DNA from: Macrostomum hystrix
Lineage: Eukaryota > Animalia > Platyhelminthes
Reading direction: 5' to 3'
NCBI GenBank assembly: GCA_950097015.1
Contig: CATNEN010000034.1
Location: 4,030,001 to 4,094,000, forward strand
DNA: 64,000 nucleotides
The position numbers and the translations under genes were made by a program. Below, piece after piece: positions 1 through 12,752 of this stretch. Within the stretch, counting starts at the first letter, position 1. Each line of letters opens with the position of its first letter. The notes under the pieces are model-generated. The model worked only from the letters and a program-made list of their open reading frames with translations, was not told the origin of the DNA and searched no databases.

Positions 1-1947
1 TTCTTCTCGACCTCCTGCGCCTCGATATAGTCGCTGCTCTCCTTGTGCTGCTTCTTCATCATCTGCAGCTCCTTGCTGAGCTGGTCCTTCTCCTTCTCCA
101 CTTTCTGGCGCTCCATGTTCTCCTTCACGAGCTGGCCGTCCTTCATGGCCGTCTCCTCCTTCAGCTGGTCGATCTGGTGCGACATGATCTTGTGCTTCCG
201 CTTGAGTTCGGTGATCTCGTCCTGGGCCTCGATCAGGTTCTTGCTGTACAGGTTGCGGTCGCTTCGAACGGCCTCGTACAGGTTCTGCTGCTGCCGCAGG
301 CGGGTCTCCGTTTCGGCGATCTTCTTTTTATAGTCGAAGATTTGCATCTCGCGCACCTTGACATCCTCCATGTGTTGCAGCACCTTCTGGGTCAGGTCCG
401 AGGCCTCGTTTATGTAACGGTCGCGCTCCTTCTCGAGCTGGTAGATGATCTTGCGCTGCTTCTGCGCCTCATCCTTGTAGTTCTCAATCTCCTGCTCAAG
501 AGTCTTCTTCGACGCCTCGTGCAGCTTCACCATGCCGCGCTGCTTCTCGGTAGCGTTGGCCGCCTTGATGAGGTTCTTGTTGAGAATGTCGCGCTCCCGG
601 GTCAGCTCGTCCACAACCTTCTTGTCGTTCTCGCTGGCCTTCTTGATGAGGTCCATTTCTGAATTTGGGGCGGTGAATCGAAGGTGAGCATAGCGAATTG
701 GACTCAGGACTATGTTTTCTTGACTTTTCCCGGGGAAGTAAATAGTCACTTAAGTCTGTTGATGAAAAAGTAGCTCACCCTTCTCCATGCCGTGAATCTC
801 ATTCTTGAGCTGCTCTCGCTGGCCCTCCAGGGTGCTCTTGTTGTCCTCGGTTAGGCGCAGCTTGCGCAGGGTGGTCTCCCGGACGCGCACCAGCTTCTGG
901 ATCTCGCTCTTCAACGTGTTCACCTCGTCCTCGCGTTGCTGAAAAATGTTTCATTTTTGAATAAATTAATGTATGAAAATTTGTTAAACTGTATCATTGA
1001 TTTCCGCTTGTAATTACCTTGAGCTCGAGCGTCTTGGACTGATTATCTCCCATGAGCTGCTGCACTCGCTGGCGCTGATCGTTGAGCACCAGGGTGTCAT
1101 CCTTGATCTTGGTCTCCAGAAAGTGCTGCTGCCGCTGTGCCTTCTCGAGCTCCGATTTGGTCATTCGGATCTCATCCTCGCGTGTCTTGTTCTCCTGCGA
1201 CACCCCGGCAAGGCGCGAGCGCAGCGTCTGGATCTCTCCCTCCTTGGCCTCGGCCTCGGCCTTGGCCTGCTTCAAGTCGCGCTCCATTTTCTCCTTCTTC
1301 CGCTGCTCCCTGGTGGCCTCACTGTTTTTGGTTTGAATCTCCTGCTCAAGTTCGGCCACCTTGGTCTGGCAGTCGGTCAGGTCCGTCTCCAGGCGCAGCT
1401 TCTGCGACTTGTTCTCCTCGAGCTCGTCTCTCAGGTGGCTGTTCTGTTGCATCAGCTCATCCCGCTGCTTAGTGAGCTCCTCCTTGGCTTCAAGCAGCTC
1501 GCTGACGTTCTGGTCCTGGCCGGAGGTCAAGCCGGCGCCCTGCTCGACCAGCTTGCTGAGGTTGGCGATCTCCAGCTTCAGGCTCTGGATGGTGTCGCGC
1601 GCTCGGGCCTCTTTGTCGTGCGCCGCGTCGACCATCTTCCAGGCCTTCTCGATCTCCTTCTTAAGCGAGGCAATGGTGGCTTGATCCTCCTCCGAGAGTT
1701 TCAACGCTGACGTCATTTTAGCCGAGTTCGCCACGATCTCGGCTTTGAGCTCGCGACATTTCTGCATCAGGCGCTTCTCGCTCTCGTGACTCTTCTGCAA
1801 GGCTCGCATGAGCTTCTCGTATTCGAGCTTGAACTTGTCCAGGCCCTTGTTGCCCTGAAGCTCTTGCAGTACCTCCTGGAAGTCTTTCTCCAGCGTGTCA
1901 AACGCTGAGTCGTCCATATTGCCTTTTTCCTTCCGTTCCTCCTTCTC
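1..1947 (-). CDS. CFAP58: Cilia- and flagella-associated protein 58 (CCDC147), 5' part; gene continues beyond position 1
   Basis: Exons 1947-1018, 938-779 and 658-<1 have GT-AG junctions in consistent phase. Translation (DSAFDTLEKDFQEVL..EIEKAWKMVDAAHDKE..NYKDEAQKQRKIIYQLEKERDRYINEASDLTQKV..QQQNLYEAVRSDRNLYSKNL) closely matches CFAP58 as I recall it. First Met is at 1917; an in-phase acceptor lies at 1948. Confidence 0.93.
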
Positions 1948-4863
1948 CTGTTGGGTTGGGTTGGTGATCGGACTTTAAAGATATTTCAATCTAATAATTA
2001 CCTTCCTTCGAATATAGATATAAAAGGTTAAAAACAATTAAACAATAAACAAAAAATCTCCAAATTTAAACACAATTTATAGACATGGAGTCGAAATCTG
2101 TTTCTGGTATATATATGTACATTTGCTGTTTGCCCGTTACCATTGGAATGTCAATTTTTAAACCTAATTTAAACGAATTAGCAAAAACAAAAACTTGCAT
2201 TTTCTATTATAGAATATAAGTTACGAAAGTAATACATTTATATGAATTGAAATAAATTTCCTGCAACAAAGCCTTCTGTAATATTATTTTGGGTGACGAA
2301 TATTTTCATAATCGAACAGTTTTCAAGTACATTTTATTTAAAAATATAACTATATTGAACACAAAAGTGACAAAATATTAAATATTGAAAACTTTTGTTT
2401 TCGACATCTTTTGTCGATGCATTTACGATTCAGAAAACTGTACGAGTATATCCGACGTACAAATGACTTCTACACACTCTATAATTTATTATTGAGCTCA
2501 GATATTTTAAACAAGATATTAGAAGGTTGAGCTGTTTTCACACGTTGAATCTAATAAAGTAGAAAATGTGCAGCTGTTAAGCACAGATATTGAATATCAA
2601 CTCAACGTTTTACACATTAATAATGAACTTCACCTAGCAATAATTTGAACTAGACCAAGAAAAATAAATTCTTGACCAGGACAGTAATAATTAATTTGGC
2701 AGTAAGTACCCATTCAATTGTTGTATCGACTCAACGTTCACTCAATTTTATAATACAACTTAAGCTTAACAGTTCTTCAGAAGACACAGGCATTCTATGC
2801 TACGGATGTTTATGATAGACCAGAGTCAATGGAAAGATATTTTAAAAACTTACATCTGCCATGCCTTCACTGATTTTGCTCTTGATTTAAGTAAAGTCGG
2901 TGTTAAGATTTTACTTATATCTCACTACTGGTTTGTACACGTAGAATTATTAAGAAAGCCCATCTTTAAATAAAGTGCTCTAAAATGTGTATCTATTGGT
3001 TTCTATTAACTATTTTATAAAGGTAATAATATTATCTTTTGTCAAAACAATTAAAAGATTTAAATGCAATTTAAAGATGAATTTTTATTTTAAACCATTA
3101 TAAATTGTTACTGTTGAAGGTGCTTTGTTTTAACTTGTGTCTAAAGCCGTAGATCATAGATAGCAGCGAATTTGCGAAACTCTAAAGATAAGAGCATTTG
3201 AGCTTGTGTTACTTTTTATACCGCACGGAATGAAGTATAAATTCAAGTCTTTAAAAATCAAAGTCAGATATTTTTTCGGCACAAACTTCTAATGTCTAAC
3301 ACTGAATAACGTACTTCAGTACTTGCTTTTCGGGGAACAAGATTTCCAGAACAACGACTGAAGGTTCATGAGTATTGTAATGTACGAGTTAGTATGAATC
3401 AATCTCAAAATACAATAGTGCATACTATTATGCGGGCAAATAGATAAGCACCACAATAATGCTTGAGTTCTTAATTTTATATCTACTATAAATATATAAT
3501 ATGCGACAAACAAAGACTAAAAGGAAGTAGTACGTTACCTAGTAGTATCTAGCATCCATCGATGAAGTATCTACCCCTGTACACACTAACCGAAATAATC
3601 TGTCAATAAGCCTCGCGCTTTGGCATGCTGGGCTAGCTATATGATCTAGGCTTGTGATCATAGAGTTGCCTAGAAGAAGACACTCGCAGTAAAACTGTTG
3701 TTGAAGATTTCGCGCGAGCTGTGACAGAGCAAAACAGCACAGACTATTTGGGATTGCGGAATCATGAGCCATAATTAGCGGACACACAGTGGTAAATTCT
3801 CAAAATCGCTGCTTAAATTGCAGAGTCTCAAATAACTGCTGCCTTCTTAGGAGCTTTGTGTTTTCTTTAGTCAAGGAGCTAGAGCTGCCCCTCGCCTTTT
3901 ATCAGGAACTGTCTGTATTCTCAAGTTGAAGGATACGACACTTAAAAATAGGTCAATTTTAAAGGCATTAATTTGTTTAAAAAATACGCTAAGGAGATTG
4001 GAAAATGTCCTTGATCGCAACTTTAAATTTTCTCGATATAATTAAGTTGCAAGTGAGTTTCCAAGTGCCAGCCGAAAACTGCCAGTCGACAACTGACAAC
4101 CGACAACTGCCAGCCGACAAATGCCAGCTGACTGAATTTTCCATATTATCCCCAGCACTTCCGACATGGGATTTTTATTCCCAATCTAGGGTTATACGAG
4201 TTAGGATTCTAAATTTGGACATAAACCCAGACTTCAGGTACTCCAAGAGCTCAATCGCAAGCTGACGTACGTAGATCTCTTCAAACCAAGTAGGAGCTAT
4301 GAGTTTGCACGCAATAGAAATCTGATACGCCTTCAGTACTGGATATTTTCAACCAGCAGTCGGTTTTAACGACCATTTTCAACATGGAGACAGGGCAACC
4401 ATTTGACAGGCAGTCAATAAGATCTGGGCCAGGATTACCAGGTGATTCACTGGCTAAAAAATAAGAACTAGCCAGGTAATACTGCAAAATCTAGAGTATC
4501 ATGTGGAAAAGCCATCAGCAGAGTGCATGTGCCCCACCCATCGCTACTGCTTTGTCGCCTCTCTTGTCCACCCACTGCAGTCTCTAAGCCGTGCTTGGCC
4601 AATCGCGGCTGTCTGTTCCATATATGCAGCAGTTGGGAGAGTTGATGTCGTGTGGTTAGGGAGGGCGTTGCACTGATGATAAGGGGTGGGTGGTAATTCG
4701 GGCGTGGTCTCTATATGGGAGTTGCTGACCAACCCACGCAAATTCAAATAGGCAATTCGTGCCTCTCATTTGTCCTCCAGCGTGAGATTTAACTTGTACA
4801 TGTAACACCAAGAGGCACTCGTTTGCCTCAGATCTCGGCACCAGCATCGACTGGGGAGGCAAA

Positions 4864-7800
4864 ATGACTTCACAACTGGAGCGACATTCTGTCAGCAGTA
4901 GCAGCGGAGGCGGTGGAAGTGTTTCAGAGTAAGTCCACTATATGATTAATTCAACTTCACTCGTAATTATCCGAATGCAAGTGAACATGAGTCCTTTTGA
5001 AGCAAGGATGTTCAGAACTAGATAGAGGGAACTGAAGTCTCTGACAGTCTCTGACAGTCTCTGACAGTCTCTGACAGTCTCTGACAGTCTCTGACAGTCT
5101 CTGACAGTCTCTGACAGTCTCTGACAGTCTCTGACAGTCTCTGACAGTCTCTGACAGTCTCTAACAGTCTCTGACAGTCTCTGAAGTCTCTGACAGTCTC
5201 TGAAAATTCCTAGATAGAGAGAGCTGACAATTACAAAGGCTGTACCATACAAAACCGCAGCTGCGACAGCTGGGAGGAGGTCCGCCTCATGCGCGGCAGT
5301 CGATTCGAGTGCCTTACGGCAGGCATGGTGCTGATCGACCTGGCGCTGATCACTCACCAGCTGGCTGTTGACTTGGCGACAGCAGCCAACAGTCGAAACC
5401 CAACCGGTTCAACCAACAAGACCTGTAAGCCTAGTTTTTTTTAACAATAGCATGAAATGAAAGTTGGTAGATCGTGTTTATTTTGCTGTGCTATTCTCTC
5501 GCAGCCACAACCGCCGATGTCCCAAAGTGGCAGCTGAGCTCAAACAAATTCTACACAGCCGTGCTCATCTTTGGAGTCTTGTTTGTCATTGAGGTATATA
5601 CGCTTAACTGTTCTATAAATTCTATAGACCTCATCTCAATGACAAATGCGACTTAAACTAAACTTCTAGAGTGCTTTGAGAAACGGCAAAAACTTGCTGG
5701 ATCGGAGGCGCTTCGTAGCTTTGAATGTAAGCCTAGAAAAACCTGGTTGAGTGTTCTTCGGCTGAGCCGATTAAACACCCACCTCACTCCACCACGCACT
5801 ACACTCTACCACCCACCTCACCCCACAACGCACTTCACTCTACCACCCACCTCACTCCACAACGCACTTCACTCTACCACACACCTCACTCCACAACGCA
5901 CTTCACTCTACCACCCACCTCAATCCACCACCCACCTCACTCCACATGTACCTCACTCCACCACGCAACTAACTTCTCCACCCACCTCACTCCAGCACCC
6001 ACCTTACTCCAACACCCACCTCACTTCTCCACCCACCTCACACCACCACCCACCACATTTCCCCCCCACACTCCACCACCTACCTCACTTCTCCACCCAC
6101 CTCACTCTCCACCAACCTTCTCGATATTAATAAACCCACTACAATTGCGAGAAGAACAACAGAAGCGCCTGTCGTCAACCCATCGAGGTTCTTGACGGCT
6201 GCGTTTGCATTGGCAGCTGCGCGCTAAATTTTGGTCTTCACTTTAGCGGCGCTAGCAGGCTGCTGCGCGACCTACTGGCACTGCTGATTGCGGCTCGTCT
6301 GGGCAGGACACTGCAGCTGTTCCGGGGTAAGTCGGCTAGCAGAGCGGCTATCAGACAGACAGCGATTCAATAACCAACATTGAAATGCGTTGCAGGTCTG
6401 AGCTACGCGGAGAAACAGTGGCTACTGCAACTGCTCAGCAGTCATCGACAGATTGAGGCCGCCAGCGCCGAGAGGCTGAGGATGCTGCAAACTGAGCTGG
6501 GCAATCGCGACCTTGAGTGCCAGGACCTCAGGGCGCTGATTAAAGCGGCGACACTTTCCAGGCATCGGCTGAGAATGAGTGAGTCTGACAGGGTTCTGTA
6601 CGGAGTGTGGGACAGGGTTCTGTACGGAGTGTGGGACAGGGTTCTGTACGGAGTGTGGGACAGGGTTCTGTAGGGAGCGTGGGACAGGGTTCTATACGGA
6701 GTGTGGGACAGGGTTCTGTAGGGAGTGTGGGACAGGGTTCTGTACGGAGTGTGGGACAGGGTTCTGTAGGGGGTGTGGGACAGGGTTCTGTAGGGAGTGT
6801 GGGACAGGGTTCTGTAGGGAGTGTGGGACAGGGTTCTGTAGGGGGTGTGGGACAGGGTTCTGTAGGGAGTGTGGGACAGGGTTCTGTATAGAGTGTGGGA
6901 CAGTGTTCTGTATAGAGTGTGGGACAGGGTTCTGTAGGGAGTGCGGGACAGGGTTCTGTAGGAAGTGTGGTGTAGGAAGTGTGGTGTAGGGAGTGTGGGA
7001 CACGATTCTGTTGCTAAAAAGCATGAATATTTTCTCTTTTGACCTTTTTTGTCTCTTGTTAGTGGGTCTGCGAGCAGACATACATGTAATTCAGTAATCT
7101 TCTGTGGACACACGTGGGTACAAACACGTTTAGAAGAGATAAAAAATATATTTCAGAATTTTCCGCAAATGTTTTTGCTCACAGACGTTTGTCCTAAAAT
7201 ACCTTTTTTATCACTAAACTGTACAAAAAGTGTACAATACTTTCAGTAAGTCGCAGGCAAGCAGCTACCCTGTATAAGTGCATTCTCTCTAGCACTGCAC
7301 GGCTGTTAATAATTCAGCCACGGACACTTAAATTAAGAGAACGGGAAAGATCCGGAATTTGGATGAGGCGGGGTGGAGACTGGCGGTGGAAAAACTAAGT
7401 GCTCGAGGTTTAATCACTGGGCCGGGTTGGCAACGCCATTTAATAGCTGTTGGATTTCTTTTACTCGTTTGTGAACAGATTGACACATGACTTTTGGCGG
7501 ATAGAATGAACGCATTAGACATTTCAGCATGGGAAATCAATTGTAAATTATTAATGGGAAGTGGATAATGGATATGGAATTTAATAATGGATTTAGGAGG
7601 GGATTATAGAAATGGTTTTGAATAGTGGATGATAAATATGGGAGGGGATGATGGATATGGGAGGGGATGATGAATATGGGAGGGGATGATGGATATGGGA
7701 GGGGATGATGGATATGGGAGGGGATGATGGATATGGGAGGGGATGATGGATATGGGAGGGGATGATGGATATGGGAGGGGATGATGGATATGGGAGGGGA

Positions 7801-8398
7801 TGATGGATATGGGAGGGGATGATGGATATGGGAGGGGATGATGGATATGGGAGGGGATGATGGATATGGGAGGGGATGATGGATATGGGGGGGATGATGG
7901 ATATGGGAGGGGATGATGGATATGGGAGGGGATAAGAGATATAGGAAGGGGTTAGTGGGTTTGGGAGGAATGTTGGTGAAGATGGGAAATTAGAGCACAC
8001 GGGGTTATTTATTAAATTGGTATTAGAAGCTGATTATCTGGAGCAGCATGGCTAGTCACAGACAGGGCATAGGCACTGTACTCGTACAGCAATATGGTAG
8101 CAAGAGTGAAAATCTCCAAGACAGCATCGAAATTGCAGAGCACCAGCTGCAGATGGAGAAGGCTTTGCCAGAGAATGCCTTGCTCCCGCCGCAGCCGCCG
8201 ACTCCGCTGAGACTGGCTCAGCTGCAGCAGCAGCAGCATCGGTCTCATCAATACGACTCCGGACATAGCTCGGACTCGGCGCCAGAGAGTCCGCAGGAGG
8301 CGGAGCCAGTCAGCATCGAAGCGACGCCAGAAGAGGAGACTCAGCCAGCGCTTGAGTTTGGTATAGGTCAGCCAGTTAAACAATTATTTATACTTTAA
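4864..8398 (+). CDS. Divergent voltage-sensor-domain-only protein (Hv1/HVCN1 or TMEM266-like) with C-terminal coiled coil
   Basis: Proposed exons 4864-4928, 5222-5424, 5505-5593, 5670-5726, about 6152/6155-6326, 6396-6578, 7063-7085 and 8027-8398. S1 FECLTAGMVLIDLALIT, S2 FYTAVLIFGVLFVIE, S3 PIEVLDGCVCIGS, S4 LLALLIAARLGRTLQLFRG, then a heptad-rich tail. No pore domain. The acceptor of the S3-S4 exon is weak and uncertain. Confidence 0.7.
5037..5203. repeat. 10-bp tandem repeat (CTCTGACAGT)n, intronic
   Basis: About 16 near-perfect copies directly visible. Confidence 0.95.
5775..6115. repeat. C/A-rich low-complexity degenerate repeat, intronic
   Basis: Recurrent CACCCACCTCACTC-like motifs. 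Confidence 0.8.
6585..6990. repeat. 24-bp minisatellite (GACAGGGTTCTGTAcGGAGTGTGG)n starting just after a splice donor
   Basis: About 16 copies; explains the 8-aa periodic ORFs in the track. Confidence 0.95.
7625..7935. repeat. 19-bp minisatellite (GGGGATGATGGATATGGGA)n, intronic
   Basis: About 16 copies directly visible. Confidence 0.95.
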
Positions 8399-8439
8399 CT
8401 GAATGATGCGGATCAAGAGAAGGGCGGTTGCGACTGGGG

Positions 8440-10025
8440 GAGGGATGAGACAGGGGGGAGATGAGACACGGGGAGAGATGAGACACGGGGAGAGATGAGA
8501 CACGGGTAGAGATGAGACACGGGGAGAGATAAGACACGGGGAGAGATGAGACAGGGGAGAGATGAGACACGGGTAGAGATGAGACACGGGGAGAGATAAG
8601 ACACGGGGAGAGATAAGACACGGGGAGAGATGAGACACGGGTAGAGATGAGACACGGGGAGAGATGAGACACGGGTAGAGATGAGACACGGGGAGAGATA
8701 AGACACGGGGAGAGATGAGACAGGGGAGAGATGAGACACGGGTAGAGATGAGACACGGGGAGAGATAAGACACGGGGAGAGATGAGACAGGGGAGAGATG
8801 AGACACGGGTAGAGATGAGACACGGGGAGAGATAAGACACGGGTAGAGATGAGACACGGGGAGAGATAAGACACGGGGAGAGATGAGACACGGGGAGAGA
8901 TGAGACACGGGGAGAGATAAGACATGGGGAGAGATGAGACACGGGTAGAGATGAGACACGGAGAGAGATAAGACATAGGGAGAGATGAGACACGGGGAGA
9001 GATGAGACACGGGTAGAGATGAGACACGGGGAGAGATAAGACACGGGGAGAGATGAGACAGGGGAGAGATGAGACACGGGTAGAGATGAGACACGGGGAG
9101 AGATGAGACACGGGTAGAGATGAGACACGGGGAGAGATAAGACATGGGGAGAGATAAGACATGGGGAGAGACGAGACACGGGTAGAGATGAGACACGGGG
9201 AGAGATAAGACACGGGGAGAGATGAGACACGGGTAGAGATGAGACACGGGGAGAGATGAGACACGGGTAGAGATGAGACACGGGGAGAGATAAGACATGG
9301 GGAGAGACGAGACACGGGTAGAGATGAGACACGGGGAGAGATGAGACACGGGTAGAGATGAGACACGGGGAGAGATAAGACACGGGGAGAGATGAGACAG
9401 GGGAGAGATGAGACACGGGTAGAGATGAGACACGGGGAGAGATAAGACACGGGTAGAGATGAGACACGGGGAGAGATAAGACACGGGGAGAGATGAGACA
9501 CGGGTAGAGATGAGACACGGGGAGAGATAAGACACGGGGAGAGATGAGACACGGGTAGAGATGAGACACGGGGAGAGATAAGACATGGGGAGAGATAAGA
9601 CATGGGGAGAGACGAGACACGGGTAGAGATGAGACACGGGGAGAGATAAGACACGGGGAGAGATGAGACACGGGTAGAGATGAGACACGGGGAGAGATGA
9701 GACACGGGTAGAGATGAGACACGGGGAGAGATAAGACATGGGGAGAGACGAGACACGGGTAGAGATGAGACACGGGGAGAGATGAGACACGGGTAGAGAT
9801 GAGACACGGGGAGAGATGAGACACGGGTAGAGATGAGACACGGGGAGAGATAAGACACGGGGAGATGAGACACGGGGAGAGATGAGACACGGGGAGAGAT
9901 GAGACACAGGGAGAGATGAAACACGGGAGAGATGGGGCACAGGGAGAGATGAGACAGGGAGAGATGAGACACAGGGAGAGATGAGACACGGGAGAGATGG
10001 GGCACAGGGAGAGATGAGACAGGGA
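8440..10025. repeat. 17-bp minisatellite (ATGAGACACGGGgAGAG)n
   Basis: About 90 copies with variants; produces the 518-560 aa spurious minus-strand ORFs. Confidence 0.95.
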
Positions 10026-11199
10026 GAGAAGAGATTATTTTGCGGTCGAGAGTTTTAGGCGTGAAAAATACTCCCACTTGCGAAAACTCTTGCAAATACT
10101 ATTATTAATTGGATGCAGTTTTTTACTTTCCCGATTTCACCCACCCCATTTAAAAGGCACTGTGCTCGCCACTGGATAATGAGAATCGCCTGTCAATGTT
10201 CCTATTTCAGAAGAGGCAGAACCAAAACAGCAGACAGAATCGCTTCATGATGTTTGATTTAGTGAATTCGACGTAGACTTACCTTTGTCTGACAATCAAA
10301 ATTTATTTTCCCATGATTTAAACTGGCCTCTTCAAGCTGCTTGCATGAAGGAATGCTTACAATCAGCGTTTTTTGCTCACTGACTGCTAAGTAAAAAGCC
10401 TTAGCAGATTATTTTTCCGAAAATTTCGCAATTTCATCCTTACTAAATATGACGTCAGACTCTATTTTTAGCCACACACATGCAGTCGCGGCGAAACTAC
10501 TAGTAGTATTATATATATTACCGATAAATACAACTGAAGTCGCATCAAAGTGATTTGGATTGATCTTATAACACTATTACAGGATCAAAATAACTATCAA
10601 AATAACGAATAAGGCTATACGATTGGAATGAATGAGGTCAAGAAAGCAATGAAGTGATTGCGGGCATGCTGAGAAGTAGGGAAAGTAGTCAGAGAATTAG
10701 GGTGGTGTTTCAGAGAAATATGGTGTTGCCATGGAGAAGTAGTGTCCCCAGTTCACGGACTGAACAACAGCAGTACACCGTCTTCGGAAGCGGTTCAGAA
10801 CAGTATTCAAAGGTACTATTGGAATTTAGCTTTACAATAACTACTGTATTGTAGAGTCAGTTGGGATAATGGTATTAAATAGAGAAGAAGTAAAAAAGAA
10901 CATGCACGGGATACTCTGCGGATCGAATGGCTGAGAAATTAAGAGCTTGCGGTCAAAGAGATTGCACAATGATATGTACTATTGCAACGGGAGAAAGAAA
11001 CCCGTACGCATGGATAGCCCATATTGCGCGTGCACTTTTATCTGCTGCACTGAGCTGAGCTAATCTATTAGGAAGAAGACTAGAGCAATAATATTATTGT
11101 TGCCGCATTGCAAAAGAGCTCAGATAAAATAGTCTTCTTTGGATCAAAGGAGTTCGGTGCGAGGACAGTAATGGATAGCTGGTAGGTCTGCGGAATAAG

Positions 11200-11880
11200 T
11201 AGGGTGGGTGAGCAATCAAGAAGTAGGGTAGGTACGCAATGGAGAAGTAGGGTAGGTAGGCAATGGAGAAGTAGGGTAGGTACGCAATAGAGAAGTAGGG
11301 TAGGTAGGCAATGGAGAAGTAGGGTAGGTAGGCAATGGAGAAGTAGGGTAGGTAGGCAATGGAGAAGTAGGGTAGGTACGCAATGGAGAAGTAGGGTAGG
11401 TAGGCAATGGAGAAGTAGGGTAGGTAGGCAATGGAGAAGTAGGGTGGGTAGGCAATGGAGAAGTAGGGTGGGTAGGCAATGGAGAAGTAGGGTGGGTAGG
11501 CAACGAAGAAGTAGGGTGGGTAGGCAATGAAGAAGTAGGGTGGGTAGGCAATGGAGTAGGGGGGTAGGCAATGGAGAAGTAGGGTGGGTAGGCAATGGAG
11601 AAGCAGGGCTGGTAGGCAATGGAGAAGCAGGGCTGGTAGGCAATGAAGAAGCAGGGCTGGTAGGCAATGGAGAAGTAGGGCTGGTAGGCAATGGAGAAGC
11701 AGGGCTGGTAGGCAATGAAGAAGCAGGGCTGGTAGGCAATGGAGAAGCAGGGCTGGTAGGCAATGAAGAAGCAGGGCTGGTAGGCAATGAAGAAGCAGGG
11801 CTGGTAGGCAATGGAGAAGCAGGGCTGGTAGGCAATGGAGAAGTAGGGTGGGTAGTTGTTGGAGAAGTAGGGTGGGTAGG
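11200..11880. repeat. 24-bp minisatellite (AATGGAGAAGTAGGGTAGGTAGGC)n with a second variant block
   Basis: About 28 copies; variants change along the array. Confidence 0.95.
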
Positions 11881-12427
11881 CAGTGAAATGGAAAGGGGTA
11901 GGCGCCCTTGCTGCTATGGTGAACTAGTAAAGAACCAAATAGCTTGTGAACCATGCATATCGCATTGGAATTATGCCTATTTGATAGAATAAAAAGTACA
12001 AGCTTAAATCTACCTTTATAGCTGTAGAAGAACAATGTGCTATTGACCAAAGTGCAGTGACATCTCATACGGGCCACAGTAGATTAACTGCAAACGCACA
12101 ATTAAGCCCTGACTACAATCCATGACAACAATCGACCAGCCATTTCTTGGCTTTGTAGCTCAATTACCGACACAAACCGCGACATTGTTAATCGATCGGG
12201 CATCGACTAAGGATCTGTTACACAAGTTGCACGGTTTCACATGAATGTACTACAAAAATTGACTAATCGAATAGCGAGGAAGAATTAGCGGTGATTGAAT
12301 CCAGTCGGCTCAGTTCACATGATTTCTTGGTTAATTATTTCATAGAGGAATTACTTAGTAAGTAAAATTGAGAAAATAATAAAAGGTAAATGTTAGGCAT
12401 AGGGGGTACCGGTGCAAAAACAGTGAG

Positions 12428-12752
12428 AGTCAGTGGAGTAGCCAAGGGCAGGCAGTGGAGTAGCCAAGGGCAGGCAGTGGAGTAGACAAGGGCAAGCAGT
12501 GCAGTAGCCGAGGACAGGCAGTGGAGTAGACAAGGGCAGGCAGTGGAGTAGACAAGGGCAGGCAGTGGAGTAGACAAGGGCAGGCAGTGGAGTAGACAAG
12601 GGCAGGTAGTGCAGTAGACAAGGGCAGGCAGTGGAGTAGACAAGGGCAGGCAGTGGAGTAGACAAGGGCAGGCAGTGGAGTAGACAAGGGCAGGCAGTGG
12701 AGTAGCCAAGGGCAGGCAGTGCAGTAGACAAGGGCAGGCATTGGAGTAGCCA
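12428..12752. repeat. 22-bp minisatellite (GCAGTGGAGTAGACAAGGGCAG)n
   Basis: About 14 copies. Confidence 0.95.

Noticed and set aside
43-1710. Plus-strand Leu-rich ORFs over CFAP58, and antisense ORFs over SCYL1, DNAJC1 and the CYLD-like genes
   Set aside because: They are antisense shadows of GC-rich coding sequence.
4030-4135. Short degenerate GCCAGCCGACAACT repeats
   Set aside because: Possibly a transposon subterminal remnant, but no partner inverted end or TSD was found.
8384-10095. Three ORFs of 518-560 aa on the minus strand, and similar long ORFs at 11.1-12.9, 14.5-15.4, 28.1-29.0, 39.5-41.0, 44.7-46.7 and 61.3-62.6 kb
   Set aside because: All are translations of stop-free minisatellite units, open in several frames at once, with no signal, start context or synonymous-site bias.
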